Shown here piece after piece: positions 29,353 to 38,682 of a DNA stretch of 50,214 nucleotides. This DNA comes from Amylibacter sp. Its GTDB lineage: Bacteria > Pseudomonadota > Alphaproteobacteria > Rhodobacterales > Rhodobacteraceae. Below the pieces are notes generated by a model, which searched no databases, was not told where the DNA came from, and saw nothing but the letters and a program-made list of their open reading frames with translations. The position numbers were made by a program, and so were the translations under genes. Numbering within the stretch: position 1 is the stretch's first letter; the number at the start of each line of letters is the position of its first letter. The stretch lies in assembly GCA_041573315.1 (NCBI GenBank), contig JBFFQS010000001.1:1-50214 (forward strand), written 5' to 3'.

Positions 29353-30411
29353 CTAGGTCCTCGGGGCGAAGGAGCCCAGAGCAGCCTTTGGCAGCAGAAT
29401 ATATATGTTGCCCGGATGGTTGGTCCGGCCGGCAATGCGGCCCGCATCGCGACCCGAACCATAGAAAATATCGCCGCGGTGCGGCCCGTTGACCGCCCCG
29501 CCCACGTCCTGGGCAATGAGCAGGCGCCTCAAGGGGTCCTTGCCCTGTTTATCTATCCATACCGGGCTGCCCAAGGGGATATACTTCGGATCGACGGCAA
29601 TGCTGCGCAGCGGAGACAGCGGCACACTCATGGCGCCGATCGGTCCGGCGTCCTCCGGCAGATCCGTCACTTCACGGAAAAAGATATACCGTGGATTGTG
29701 GTTCAGCAGTTCCTGACCCTCGCGGGGATTCTCGCGCACCCACTTTTTTATCGCCGAGGCGGTAATGCCGCGCCCGCCCAGCGATCCACGCCGTATCAAC
29801 TCCTTGCCGATCGAGCGATATTCATGACCGTTTGACGCTGAAAATCCTGCCCGCATCGCGCCGCCATCGGTCAGACGGATGCGGCCCGATCCCTGAATCT
29901 GCAGGAAGTAGGCTTCGACCGGATCGGTCAGCCACGCCAGTTCCAGCCCTCGGCCGTGCATCGCCCCGGACTCGATCTCGGCTCGTGATTTCCAGCGGCC
30001 CTTGCCGCTCCAGTCGCGCGGCTTGCGATAGATCGGATACTGAAACGCGCCGCCCCGTTCACGGGAGCCTTTCAGTTCCGGCTCATAGTAACCGGTGAAC
30101 AGAACCGGTTCTTGCGGGATTACCTGAACCGGCCTGAAATGGGCCTCGAAAAACTGCCGGGGATCCTTTGCGCGCTTGGACGCCGCACATATGCCGGACC
30201 ATTCCGCCGTGGTCAGCCGAGGGTCCTTTGCGCGGCGGCAAGAGGTGCGAAACGCGATCAGCGTATCCGACAGATCATCCTGCTGCCAGCCCGGAAGCTC
30301 TTCGAATTCTATCGGCTTGAATCGCGTCGCGTCTGCAGAGGCTATTCCTGACATCAGCAGGACTGCCGCTGCAAATAACCCCGAGAGACAATACCATCGC
30401 GCAAACATCAC
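29353..30411 (-). CDS. mltA: Membrane-bound lytic murein transglycosylase A
   Basis: FTGYYEP, LQIQGSG, NPRYIFF, SIAVDP, AQDVGGAV, GDIFYG. Confidence 0.93.
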   Translation of the reverse strand: MMFARWYCLSGLFAAAVLLMSGIASADATRFKPIEFEELPGWQQDDLSDTLIAFRTSCRRAKDPRLTTAEWSGICAASKRAKDPRQFFEAHFRPVQVIPQEPVLFTGYYEPELKGSRERGGAFQYPIYRKPRDWSGKGRWKSRAEIESGAMHGRGLELAWLTDPVEAYFLQIQGSGRIRLTDGGAMRAGFSASNGHEYRSIGKELIRRGSLGGRGITASAIKKWVRENPREGQELLNHNPRYIFFREVTDLPEDAGPIGAMSVPLSPLRSIAVDPKYIPLGSPVWIDKQGKDPLRRLLIAQDVGGAVNGPHRGDIFYGSGRDAGRIAGRTNHPGNIYILLPKAALGSFAPRT

Positions 30412-31064
30412 CCGCCTGTCGCCACCAGTTCCCAGTTCGGATCGTCCTGCCCCATCTTGCGGGCAAAGGTCCAGGTATCGGTCTGCTTCTTGATCTTGTT
30501 CGGTTCACCCTCGACGATCTCGCCTTCGGCATTGCGCACCACGGACGTGAGTTCGGCAACGAAGCGCAGCGTCACTTCTGCTTCTTTGCTGCGCGGATCG
30601 AAAGTTGCATCCATGATCTTCATCTCGCTCACACCGACGAACTGCGCGTCGACACGCAGACCCTTTTCAATGCGATCGTTTATAACGGACTCGAATGTCT
30701 CGTAAACGTCCGGCGACAGGAACTTGTCGAGCGCCTCCAGATCGCCGCCCTCGAAGGCCATCAGGATCATTTCGTAGGCCTGCCGGGCTCCGCCCTGAAA
30801 CTCTGTGACCGAAAAATCAGGTTCCACCGCCTTCATCGCGGCAAAGGCCTTGCCTGCATCGCTGGCGATATCGACATGGTCGGCGATATCCCGGTCCGGG
30901 CCGCCTTCGATTACCTCGAAACCGCGCGGCAGGCCCTTGGCTGAGGGCTTCGCGTCCGTTTTCGGTTCGAATCCGTCCCGCGTTCCCAAGACATTTCGCA
31001 GCCGAAGGAACAACACGACGGCAATCACACCCATTATAATAAGCTGAAAAACAGCGGAGCTCAT
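30408..31064 (-). CDS. Tim44/TimA family protein
   Basis: N-terminal TM segment, LRNVLGTRDG, GARQAYEMI, DTWTFAR, PNWELVAT. Confidence 0.9.
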   Translation of the reverse strand: MSSAVFQLIIMGVIAVVLFLRLRNVLGTRDGFEPKTDAKPSAKGLPRGFEVIEGGPDRDIADHVDIASDAGKAFAAMKAVEPDFSVTEFQGGARQAYEMILMAFEGGDLEALDKFLSPDVYETFESVINDRIEKGLRVDAQFVGVSEMKIMDATFDPRSKEAEVTLRFVAELTSVVRNAEGEIVEGEPNKIKKQTDTWTFARKMGQDDPNWELVATGG

Positions 31065-31182
31065 TCATTACCCTTTCAAAAATTGGCAACAACTGTGGCA
31101 TTGTTACCTGTCATTACCTATTTAGGTCAGTGGAAAGGGCAAGTCTACTGATTGCACGCTCTGTTGAAGAAGGGATCGCCAA

Positions 31183-31665
31183 ATGTGGCTCTTTGTAATT
31201 TTCGTGGTCGTCCCGATCGTCGAAATCGCGCTGTTTATCGAGGTCGGCGGCTTTCTGGGCCTGTGGCCGACCCTGGCGATCGTGGTGCTCACGGCATTGG
31301 CGGGATCGGCGCTGCTGCGCTCGCAGGGGTTCGCAACGCTTGAAACGCTGCAAAACAACCTGCGCACGGGCGGCGATCCGATCAATCCGATCGCGCACGG
31401 CGCCCTGATACTTGTCGCGGGCGTGCTGTTGCTGACGCCGGGTTTCTTCACGGACTCCGTCGGCCTGTCCCTGATGATCCCGCAGGTGAGGGTCTGGGTG
31501 ATAAAATGGGTTGGGCGCCGCATCGCAGAAGGTGATATCAAGGTCTATTCCAACACCAACGCCGCGCCGCGCCGGCCCCGCGACGACAGTACCCTGGACG
31601 GTGACTATACCGTGATCGACGACGATCCCGAGGAAAAGGGCGATTCCGGATGGACAAAGCGCTGA
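31183..31665 (+). CDS. fxsA: FxsA family membrane protein
   Basis: PIVEIALFI, AGVLLLTPGFFTD; upstream of secB. Confidence 0.9.
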   Translation: MWLFVIFVVVPIVEIALFIEVGGFLGLWPTLAIVVLTALAGSALLRSQGFATLETLQNNLRTGGDPINPIAHGALILVAGVLLLTPGFFTDSVGLSLMIPQVRVWVIKWVGRRIAEGDIKVYSNTNAAPRRPRDDSTLDGDYTVIDDDPEEKGDSGWTKR

Positions 31666-31739
31666 GACCGGCTTTCTGCGATTGTTCCCCACAGGAAACC
31701 TTGATAGGAAACTGCAGAGTTTAAAAATGGAGTTCAGTC

Positions 31740-32228
31740 ATGGCCGATAAGGAAAACGGTGCCGCGGATGCAGCGCCAGAGCAACCGAAAATGCCTACAG
31801 TGCGCGTTGTAAACCAATACATCCGCGATCTGTCTTTCGAGAATATTGCCGCCCAGAAGGGCTTGGGCGCGAATGTGAAGCCAGAGGTCAACGTGCAGGT
31901 GAACCTCGACGCGAAAAAGGGCAACGACGGCCAATATGAGGTCATCCAGAAACTGACCGTCACCTCCAAGGCTGGCGAGGATACGGTGTTTCTGCTCGAG
32001 CTCGACTATGCCGGTCTGTTCAAGATCGAGAACATATCCGAGGCACAGCTGCACCCGTTCCTGATGATTGAATGTCCGCGCCTGACGTTCCCCTTCGTGC
32101 GCCGCATCATACGCGATATCACCGCGGACGGCGGCTTTGCGCCGCTGAACGTCGACAGCATCGACTTTCTTGCGCTCTACCGCAACGAACTGGCACGCCG
32201 CGCTGCGGAATCCGCCCCGAAGAACTAG
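31740..32228 (+). CDS. secB: Protein-export chaperone SecB
   Basis: QYIRDLSFEN, ELDYAGLF, IECPRLTFPF, IDFLALY. Confidence 0.96.
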   Translation: MADKENGAADAAPEQPKMPTVRVVNQYIRDLSFENIAAQKGLGANVKPEVNVQVNLDAKKGNDGQYEVIQKLTVTSKAGEDTVFLLELDYAGLFKIENISEAQLHPFLMIECPRLTFPFVRRIIRDITADGGFAPLNVDSIDFLALYRNELARRAAESAPKN

Positions 32229-32253
32229 GCTTGCGGTAAACGGATTTGAATCG

Positions 32254-32280
32254 AGGCGGTCTTTTGGCCGCCTTTATTTT
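32254..32280 (+). terminator. Intrinsic terminator between convergent secB and dnaQ
   Basis: AGGCGGTC-TTTT-GGCCGCCT followed by TTATTTT. Confidence 0.7.
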
Positions 32281-32972
32281 GCCTTCAGCCAGAGCGCGTC
32301 CTTGACGAGCGAGCGGACGAATTCCTCGTGCGCCTCGCGTTCCGCATCGGTCAGACGGGGCGGCAGGGCAGCCGGGCGTTCCGGCAACGCGGCACCGGTC
32401 GCGTCAGCGTTGCCCCGGTCCAGATCCGTACCGCCAACGACGTTCAGCGCAAAATCCGGCTGACGACCGCCAATCAGCTCCAGATAGACTTCCGCCAGAA
32501 TTTCAGAATCGAGCAGTGCGCCGTGCTTTTCACGAGATGAATTATCAACGCCGAACCGGCGGCAAAGCGCATCCAGCGAATTTTGCGCGCCCGGAAACTT
32601 CCGCCGCGCGATCTCGAGCGTGTCGATAGCCTGTGAATACGGCAACGGCTGGTTCCCGATCCATTTCAGTTCGGCGTTCAGGAATTTCATGTCGAAACTG
32701 GCGTTGTGAATCACCAGCTTGGCGTCGCCGACAAATTCCAGAAACGCATCTGCAATGGCCTTGAAGACCGGCTTGTCCGACAGGAACGCCGAACTTAATC
32801 CATGTACCGCGAAAGCGCCCTCGGGCATATCCCGTTCCGGGTTGATATACTGGTGATAGACCCGGCCCGTCGGCATGTGGTTGTGCAGTTCGACGCCGCC
32901 GATCTCGACGATCCGGTCGCCCGTATCGGGATCGAGGCCTGTCGTTTCCGTATCCAAAACCACTTCACGCAT
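32274..32972 (-). CDS. dnaQ: DNA polymerase III epsilon subunit
   Basis: DEDDh exonuclease motifs [27 protein letters not shown]. Confidence 0.97.
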   Translation of the reverse strand: MREVVLDTETTGLDPDTGDRIVEIGGVELHNHMPTGRVYHQYINPERDMPEGAFAVHGLSSAFLSDKPVFKAIADAFLEFVGDAKLVIHNASFDMKFLNAELKWIGNQPLPYSQAIDTLEIARRKFPGAQNSLDALCRRFGVDNSSREKHGALLDSEILAEVYLELIGGRQPDFALNVVGGTDLDRGNADATGAALPERPAALPPRLTDAEREAHEEFVRSLVKDALWLKAK

Positions 32973-32973
32973 A

Positions 32974-33570
32974 TTACTTTTTTCCGCCTGTCAATTGCCT
33001 GACCAGATCATGGACTGCTTTGCGCGCGGATTCCAGTGATTTGCTCTCGATGACGAAATCGGCGCGTTTGGCCTTTTCCTCCAGCGGCAGTTGCTTCGAC
33101 AGGATAATCTTCAGGGTTTCCGGCGTCATGCTGCCGCGCTCCAGTACGCGCCGGCGTTGTTCCTCGGGCGATGTCGTCACAACGAGCACGCCGTCACAGA
33201 TCGCATCGGCTCCGACCTCGAACAACAGCGGAATGTCGAGGACTATCAGCGGGCCGTTTTGTTCCGCCAGAAAAGCTTCACGGTGCTTTTGGACGCGGGG
33301 ATGCACCACCGCCTCGAGTTGTTTCAGCAAACCGGGATCGGCCTTGATCATTTCTTTCAGCTTTTGCCGGTCAACCGCGCCATTCACGACCGAGCCCGGA
33401 GCCAGCACCCCGATTTCCGCAATCAGCGCCGTGTCCTGCGAATAAAGGTCATGCACCACGGCATCCGCGTCCCACCCCGGAACGCCGGCCTCGGCAAACA
33501 TTTTTGCTGTGGTCGACTTGCCGCTGCCGATAGAACCGGTCAGGCCGAGGATATACGGTCGGAGTGTCAT
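32974..33570 (-). CDS. coaE: Dephospho-CoA kinase
   Basis: [26 protein letters not shown]. Start moved to MTLRPY, overlapping the aroE stop. Confidence 0.95.
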   Translation of the reverse strand: MTLRPYILGLTGSIGSGKSTTAKMFAEAGVPGWDADAVVHDLYSQDTALIAEIGVLAPGSVVNGAVDRQKLKEMIKADPGLLKQLEAVVHPRVQKHREAFLAEQNGPLIVLDIPLLFEVGADAICDGVLVVTTSPEEQRRRVLERGSMTPETLKIILSKQLPLEEKAKRADFVIESKSLESARKAVHDLVRQLTGGKK

Positions 33571-34403
33571 TTCTGCGCCAGAACCAGTTCGCGCAAAGCA
33601 TCGTCCACGACCGGGCGCACGCCGAACCATGCCTCGAACCCCGGAACCGCCTGATGCAGCAACATCCCCAGACCATCCACCACCGGATTACCGCGCTGCT
33701 GCGCAGCAACCAGCAGGTCCGTCATCAGTGGATTGTAAACCAGATCGGTCACCAGCGTATCGACGGGCAGACCTCGCAGCGACACTTTCAGCGGCGGCTG
33801 TCCCGTCATGCCCAAAGATGTCGTGTTCACCAGCGTCGCCGCCTCCGGCATGACAACCGGCAAATCATCCCAGTCCACCACCTTGACCCTCAGGCCGAAA
33901 TGATCACGCAGGTTCCGGGCGCGCGACCGCGTCCGGTTGGCCAGCATCACTCGCGGCGCGCCCGATTGCAGCAGCGCATGGATCACGGCGCGCGCGGCGC
34001 CTCCGGCGCCAAGAACCAGCGCCGGCCCTGCGGCGGCGGACCAGTCCGGCTGATACTGGAGCAGGTTGTTCAGAAAACCTTCTCCGTCGGTATTATCCGC
34101 GAGAATTGACCCGTCCCCGCGAAACACGAGCGTGTTGGCGGCTCCGATCTCCCGCGCCCTTGCGGTTGCCTCCTGCGCCATTGCAAGCGCGGCCTCCTTG
34201 TGCGGGATCGTCACATTCGCACCCGAAAAACCCAGCGCCATCATCTTTCGGACACCGGCACGAAAACCGGCCGGAGGCATGGCGATCGGCAGGTAAAACC
34301 CGTCGATCCCGTGTTTTTTCAGCCAGTAGCCGTGAATGGCCGGCGATTTGCTCTGCGCAATCGGCCAGCCGATCACTGCCGCCAGTTTCGAAGGTTGTAT
34401 CAT
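33567..34403 (-). CDS. aroE: Shikimate dehydrogenase
   Basis: SKSPAIH, GANVTIPHK, GAANTL, DNTDG, GAGGAARA, DLVYNP, DGLGMLLHQA. Confidence 0.96.
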   Translation of the reverse strand: MIQPSKLAAVIGWPIAQSKSPAIHGYWLKKHGIDGFYLPIAMPPAGFRAGVRKMMALGFSGANVTIPHKEAALAMAQEATARAREIGAANTLVFRGDGSILADNTDGEGFLNNLLQYQPDWSAAAGPALVLGAGGAARAVIHALLQSGAPRVMLANRTRSRARNLRDHFGLRVKVVDWDDLPVVMPEAATLVNTTSLGMTGQPPLKVSLRGLPVDTLVTDLVYNPLMTDLLVAAQQRGNPVVDGLGMLLHQAVPGFEAWFGVRPVVDDALRELVLAQK

Positions 34404-34999
34404 CTGTCCAGTACCGATCTGTTCCGCAGGAATTCCAGGACCTCCAGTAACGGAAATCCCAGGACAGTGAAATAGTCGCCTTGGACACGGGCGAATAATT
34501 GCACACCCTCCGCCTCCAGCATGTAGCAGCCGACGGTGGACAGTATGTCGGCCTTGTTGCGCTCGATATATGCGGCAAGGAATTCATCGGAAAAATTCCG
34601 CATGATCAGCTGGGCCCGCCCGACAGTACGCCATACCGGTTCACCCGCGTCATAGATCACGACGGCTGACAGCAATTGATGCGTCTTGCCGCGCAGGGCG
34701 CGCAATGTCGCCTCCGCTTCCAAGAGGTCATTGGCCTTGTCATAGATCCTGCCGTCGCAGACAAGAACCTGGTCGCAGCCGATCACCAAGGCCGACGCAA
34801 ACTTGCCGGCAACGCGCTGCGCCTTGTACTCCGCAAGGGCGTCAGCGACATCATGCGGCTTGGCTCCCTCGGCCAGAAGGGATTGCTTTATAGCAGCCTC
34901 GTCAACCCGCGCCGGCAGCACATCGAACGACAGGCCGGCATTTTGCAGCAGGGTTTTCCGGATCGCGGAGCCGGATGCCAGAACGATTTTCTTGTCCAA
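34400..34999 (-). CDS. maf: Maf family nucleoside triphosphate pyrophosphatase
   Basis: VLASGSAIR, VDE, IGCDQ, GDYFTVLGFPL. TTG start. Confidence 0.92.
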   Translation of the reverse strand: MDKKIVLASGSAIRKTLLQNAGLSFDVLPARVDEAAIKQSLLAEGAKPHDVADALAEYKAQRVAGKFASALVIGCDQVLVCDGRIYDKANDLLEAEATLRALRGKTHQLLSAVVIYDAGEPVWRTVGRAQLIMRNFSDEFLAAYIERNKADILSTVGCYMLEAEGVQLFARVQGDYFTVLGFPLLEVLEFLRNRSVLDR

Positions 35000-35473
35000 G
35001 TTGCTGTGCCTTCGTTGCGGCGCAGAGGTCCGCGCGCGTGTATAAGCATGTGTTTAACCCTGTGGAAAACAGGATCGCTTTCCGGGGCGATTTCCGGTGT
35101 AATGCCGGAATGTGCAAATGGCCAGAGTTCCATGCCCGAAGAGCCGGATTCCATACACAGTTGACAGCAGGGCTCCGGTACCCTGTGGAAAACGGGGATG
35201 GAAACATATTCCCACGTTGCCCACAGATTCGCGATTTCGCCCTAATCAATTATGATATTGTTTTGAAAGCAAAAAATATGGTTATAGCTTTTCACTAATC
35301 AAATTTATAAATTTTTTCCACAGATTTATCCCGATAAGGACTTCGGTTATAAGAATCTATCCAGACTATCCATTGTCTCCTACAACAAACACATCTTTTC
35401 TATAAATATATTTATTATAGAGGGACACACGTCAGGCCTTCCATCAAGCCACATTCCTGCTAGGAATAGATCC
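35000..35473. other. Chromosomal replication origin (oriC) candidate
   Basis: Non-coding gap between divergent maf and hemJ. TTWTNCACA boxes at 35061-35069 and 35184-35192 (TGTGGAAAA) and 35314-35322 (TTTTCCACA), with weaker boxes at 35151 and 35217. GANTC at 35147, 35226 and 35353. AT-rich tract 35396-35420. The flanking dnaQ-coaE-aroE-maf and rho-mnmE-mnmG-rsmG-parAB blocks are the usual alphaproteobacterial ori neighbourhood. Confidence 0.85.
35057..35193 (+). repeat. 14 bp exact direct repeat ACCCTGTGGAAAAC (two copies, each containing a DnaA box)
   Basis: Copies at 35057-35070 and 35180-35193. Confidence 0.9.
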
Positions 35474-35926
35474 ATGTTCGACCTTCTGTCTTCTCTCTAT
35501 CCATGGACCAAAGCGCTGCACGTCATTTCGGTGATTGCCTGGATGGCGGGCCTTTTCTATCTGCCACGCCTGTTTGTCTATCACGTGGAGAAGGCCGCCG
35601 ATAAAGCGGACCTTTCCGAAGTCTATTGCGAGATGGAGCGCAAGCTTTTGCGGCTGATCATGAATCCGGCGATGATCGCTGCCTGGCTTTTCGGTCTGAT
35701 GCTGGTCTTTACGCCCGGGATTGTCGATTGGTCGTCGGGTTGGCCGTGGATCAAGGCCGTGGCAGTTCTGGCAATGACATGGTTCCACCACTGGCTTGGA
35801 AAGCGTCGCAAGGACTTCCTTGCGGGCACGAACACGGTGTCAGGCCGGGGATACCGGCTTATGAACGAGGTTCCGACGGTACTGATGGTCGTGATCGTCA
35901 TCATGGTAATTGTCCGGCCGTTTTGA
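35474..35926 (+). CDS. hemJ: Protoporphyrinogen IX oxidase HemJ
   Basis: KALHVISVIAWMAGLFYLPRLFVYH, MERKL..IMNPAM, RLMNEVPT. Confidence 0.95.
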   Translation: MFDLLSSLYPWTKALHVISVIAWMAGLFYLPRLFVYHVEKAADKADLSEVYCEMERKLLRLIMNPAMIAAWLFGLMLVFTPGIVDWSSGWPWIKAVAVLAMTWFHHWLGKRRKDFLAGTNTVSGRGYRLMNEVPTVLMVVIVIMVIVRPF

Positions 35927-35933
35927 CTTTCGG

Positions 35934-35961
35934 TTGACATTTTTCGCGCTGGAACCCATAT
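35934..35961 (+). promoter_or_regulatory. Putative rho promoter (RpoH/sigma70-type)
   Basis: TTGACA at 35934 and CCCATAT at 35955-35961 (TTG-N18-CCCATAT). Confidence 0.6.
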
Positions 35962-36056
35962 GAACTCCAGAAACGGTCCGGTGTCCCCCACCATTCAAGG
36001 ACTTTCCCCTCTTAAACTTTCATACCGGCCGCTGTGCCGGGTAAGACGGATTTATC

Positions 36057-37328
36057 ATGAACAAAGACAGTATTGGCCTTTCTGAACTAAAGGCAAAGAG
36101 CCCCGCGGACCTGTTGAAGATGGCCGAGGACCTCGAGATCGAGAACGCATCGACGATGCGCAAAGGCGATATGATGTTCGCCATCCTCAAGGAACTGGCC
36201 GAAGAAGGCGTGGAGATATCCGGCGACGGCGTGCTCGAGGTTATGCAGGACGGTTTCGGTTTTCTGCGCTCTCCGCAGGCGAACTATCTGCCGGGCCCGG
36301 AAGATATCTATGTCAGCCCGAACCAGATCCGCAAATATTCCCTGCGCACCGGCGACACGGTCGAGGGGCTGATCCGCTCGCCGCGCGAGAATGAGCGTTA
36401 CTTCGGCCTGACCAAGGTCACCTCGATCAACTTCAGCGATCCCGAGGACGTCAAGCACAAGGTCCATTTCGACAACCTTACGCCGCTGTATCCCGACGAG
36501 CGCCTGACGCTGGAAATCGAGGATCCTACCATCAAGGACAAGACCGCGCGTGTGATCGATCTGGTCGCACCCATCGGTAAGGGCCAGCGCGGGTTGATCG
36601 TGGCGCCGCCGCGGACCGGTAAAACGGTTATCCTGCAAAACGTCGCCCACTCGATTGAACGGAACCATCCGGAATGTTTCCTGATCGTGCTGTTGATTGA
36701 CGAGCGGCCCGAAGAGGTGACCGACATGCAGCGGTCAGTGAAGGGCGAGGTCGTGTCCTCCACCTTCGACGAACCGGCAACGCGCCACGTCGCGGTGGCT
36801 GAAATGGTGATCGAAAAGGCCAAGCGTCTGGTCGAGCACAAGCGTGATGTCGTGATCCTGCTGGACTCGATCACCCGTCTGGGCCGGGCCTATAACACAG
36901 TCGTACCAAGCTCCGGCAAGGTTCTTACAGGTGGTGTTGACGCCAACGCGCTGCAACGTCCGAAGCGGTTCTTCGGCGCTGCGCGGAACATCGAGGAGGG
37001 CGGCTCTCTGACCATCATCGCCACCGCGCTGATCGATACCGGAAGCCGCATGGACGAGGTTATCTTCGAAGAATTCAAGGGCACTGGTAACTCTGAACTG
37101 GTTCTGGATCGAAAGATTTCCGACAAGCGCGTGTTCCCAGCCATCGACATCCTGAAATCCGGCACGCGGAAAGAGGACTTGCTGATCGAGAAATCCGATC
37201 TTCAGAAAATCTTTGTCCTGCGCCGTATTCTCAACCCGATGGGGACCACAGATGCCATCGAATTCCTGCTTAGCAAGCTGAAGCAGACCAAGACCAACGC
37301 CGAATTCTTTGACTCGATGAATACCTAA
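36057..37328 (+). CDS. rho: Transcription termination factor Rho
   Basis: [52 protein letters not shown]. Confidence 0.98.
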   Translation: MNKDSIGLSELKAKSPADLLKMAEDLEIENASTMRKGDMMFAILKELAEEGVEISGDGVLEVMQDGFGFLRSPQANYLPGPEDIYVSPNQIRKYSLRTGDTVEGLIRSPRENERYFGLTKVTSINFSDPEDVKHKVHFDNLTPLYPDERLTLEIEDPTIKDKTARVIDLVAPIGKGQRGLIVAPPRTGKTVILQNVAHSIERNHPECFLIVLLIDERPEEVTDMQRSVKGEVVSSTFDEPATRHVAVAEMVIEKAKRLVEHKRDVVILLDSITRLGRAYNTVVPSSGKVLTGGVDANALQRPKRFFGAARNIEEGGSLTIIATALIDTGSRMDEVIFEEFKGTGNSELVLDRKISDKRVFPAIDILKSGTRKEDLLIEKSDLQKIFVLRRILNPMGTTDAIEFLLSKLKQTKTNAEFFDSMNT

Positions 37329-37360
37329 GCTACAGGTCTACCCCGAAAGGGGCGTCAGAT

Positions 37361-38659
37361 ATGTCCGATACGATTTTCGCACTTGCAACCGCCAAAGGAC
37401 GGGCAGGAGTAGCCGTTCTGCGTCTGTCCGGTCCGCAGGCGCCGGCGATAGCCGAGGCGCTTGTAGGCCCGGGTTTGCCCCCATCGGGACGATCCTTGCG
37501 ATTGGTGCGGGATCGTGAGGGTCGCGTATTGGACGAAGCTCTGGTGCTGAGCTTTGAAAAGGGCGCGAGTTTCACTGGCGAGGCGGTCGTCGAGTTCCAG
37601 TGCCACGGCAGTCCGGCGGTTGCGTCTGCAATTCTGCGCGCCCTGTCTGACGACGGGCGCGGCCGCTTGGCCGAACCCGGAGAGTTCACGCGCCGGGCAT
37701 TGGAAAACGGCCGTCTGGATCTTGCACAGGTCGAAGGTCTCGCGGACCTGATTGAGGCCGAAACGGAATCCCAGCGCCGTCAGGCATTGCGTGTCATGCA
37801 GGGCGCATTGGGCGCACGCGTTGAGGTCTGGCGTAAGGATCTGATCCGCGCGGTCGCCTTGATCGAAGCCACGATTGATTTCGCTGACGAGGATATTCCG
37901 ACGGATGTATCGCCGGAGGTTCTGGACCTGATCGACCGGACGCTTGCGGACCTTCAGAAGGAAATCGCGGGCAGCTTTGCCGCCGAACGCATTCGAGAGG
38001 GTTTCGAGGTTGCGATTGTCGGAGCGCCTAATGCCGGAAAATCCACTTTACTGAATGTTCTGGCGGGCCGCGATGCTGCGATCACATCTGAAATTGCGGG
38101 AACGACGCGGGACGTGATCGAGGTTCGAATGGACCTTGGCGGTCTGGCGGTAACCTTGCTGGACACGGCCGGTCTGCGAGAGACCGAGGATGCGATCGAG
38201 AGAATCGGTGTACAGCGAGCGTTGGAGCGCGCGCGGTTGGCCGACCTGCGCCTGTTTCTGACAGAGGACGGATCACTGTTGGGTCTTGGCCTGAGCCCTG
38301 AACCGGGGGATATCGTCGTGCGTTCGAAGGCTGATAACGTCGACGCTGGCGAAGACCTGTCGATATCGGCGAAAATAGGCCAAGGCATTGATAATATTAT
38401 TAAAAATATTACAGAAGAGCTGATGAAGCGGTCTGCCGGTGCGCAAAATGCGATCCGGGAGCGGCACAGGGTTGCCATGGAACGGGCGGTGACTTACCTG
38501 ATAGCAGCTCGCGAATTGGTGCTGTCCGGACCGGATGTATCGGAACTGGCGGCGGCCGAATTGCATGAGGGTATCGCAGCTTTGAATTCCCTTATCGGCC
38601 GGGTTGATGTAGAAGACCTTCTCGATGAGATATTCGCGAGCTTCTGTTTGGGTAAATAG
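37361..38659 (+). CDS. mnmE: tRNA modification GTPase MnmE
   Basis: [45 protein letters not shown]. Confidence 0.96.
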   Translation: MSDTIFALATAKGRAGVAVLRLSGPQAPAIAEALVGPGLPPSGRSLRLVRDREGRVLDEALVLSFEKGASFTGEAVVEFQCHGSPAVASAILRALSDDGRGRLAEPGEFTRRALENGRLDLAQVEGLADLIEAETESQRRQALRVMQGALGARVEVWRKDLIRAVALIEATIDFADEDIPTDVSPEVLDLIDRTLADLQKEIAGSFAAERIREGFEVAIVGAPNAGKSTLLNVLAGRDAAITSEIAGTTRDVIEVRMDLGGLAVTLLDTAGLRETEDAIERIGVQRALERARLADLRLFLTEDGSLLGLGLSPEPGDIVVRSKADNVDAGEDLSISAKIGQGIDNIIKNITEELMKRSAGAQNAIRERHRVAMERAVTYLIAARELVLSGPDVSELAAAELHEGIAALNSLIGRVDVEDLLDEIFASFCLGK

Positions 38660-38666
38660 TCAGGAT

Positions 38667-38682
38667 TGTTTCACGTGAAACA
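38667..38682. promoter_or_regulatory. parS centromere site 1
   Basis: Perfect palindrome TGTTTCACGTGAAACA overlapping the mnmG start. Confidence 0.95.

Noticed and set aside
31685-31693. DnaA-box-like TTCCCCACA upstream of secB
   Set aside because: A single site with two mismatches is expected by chance.
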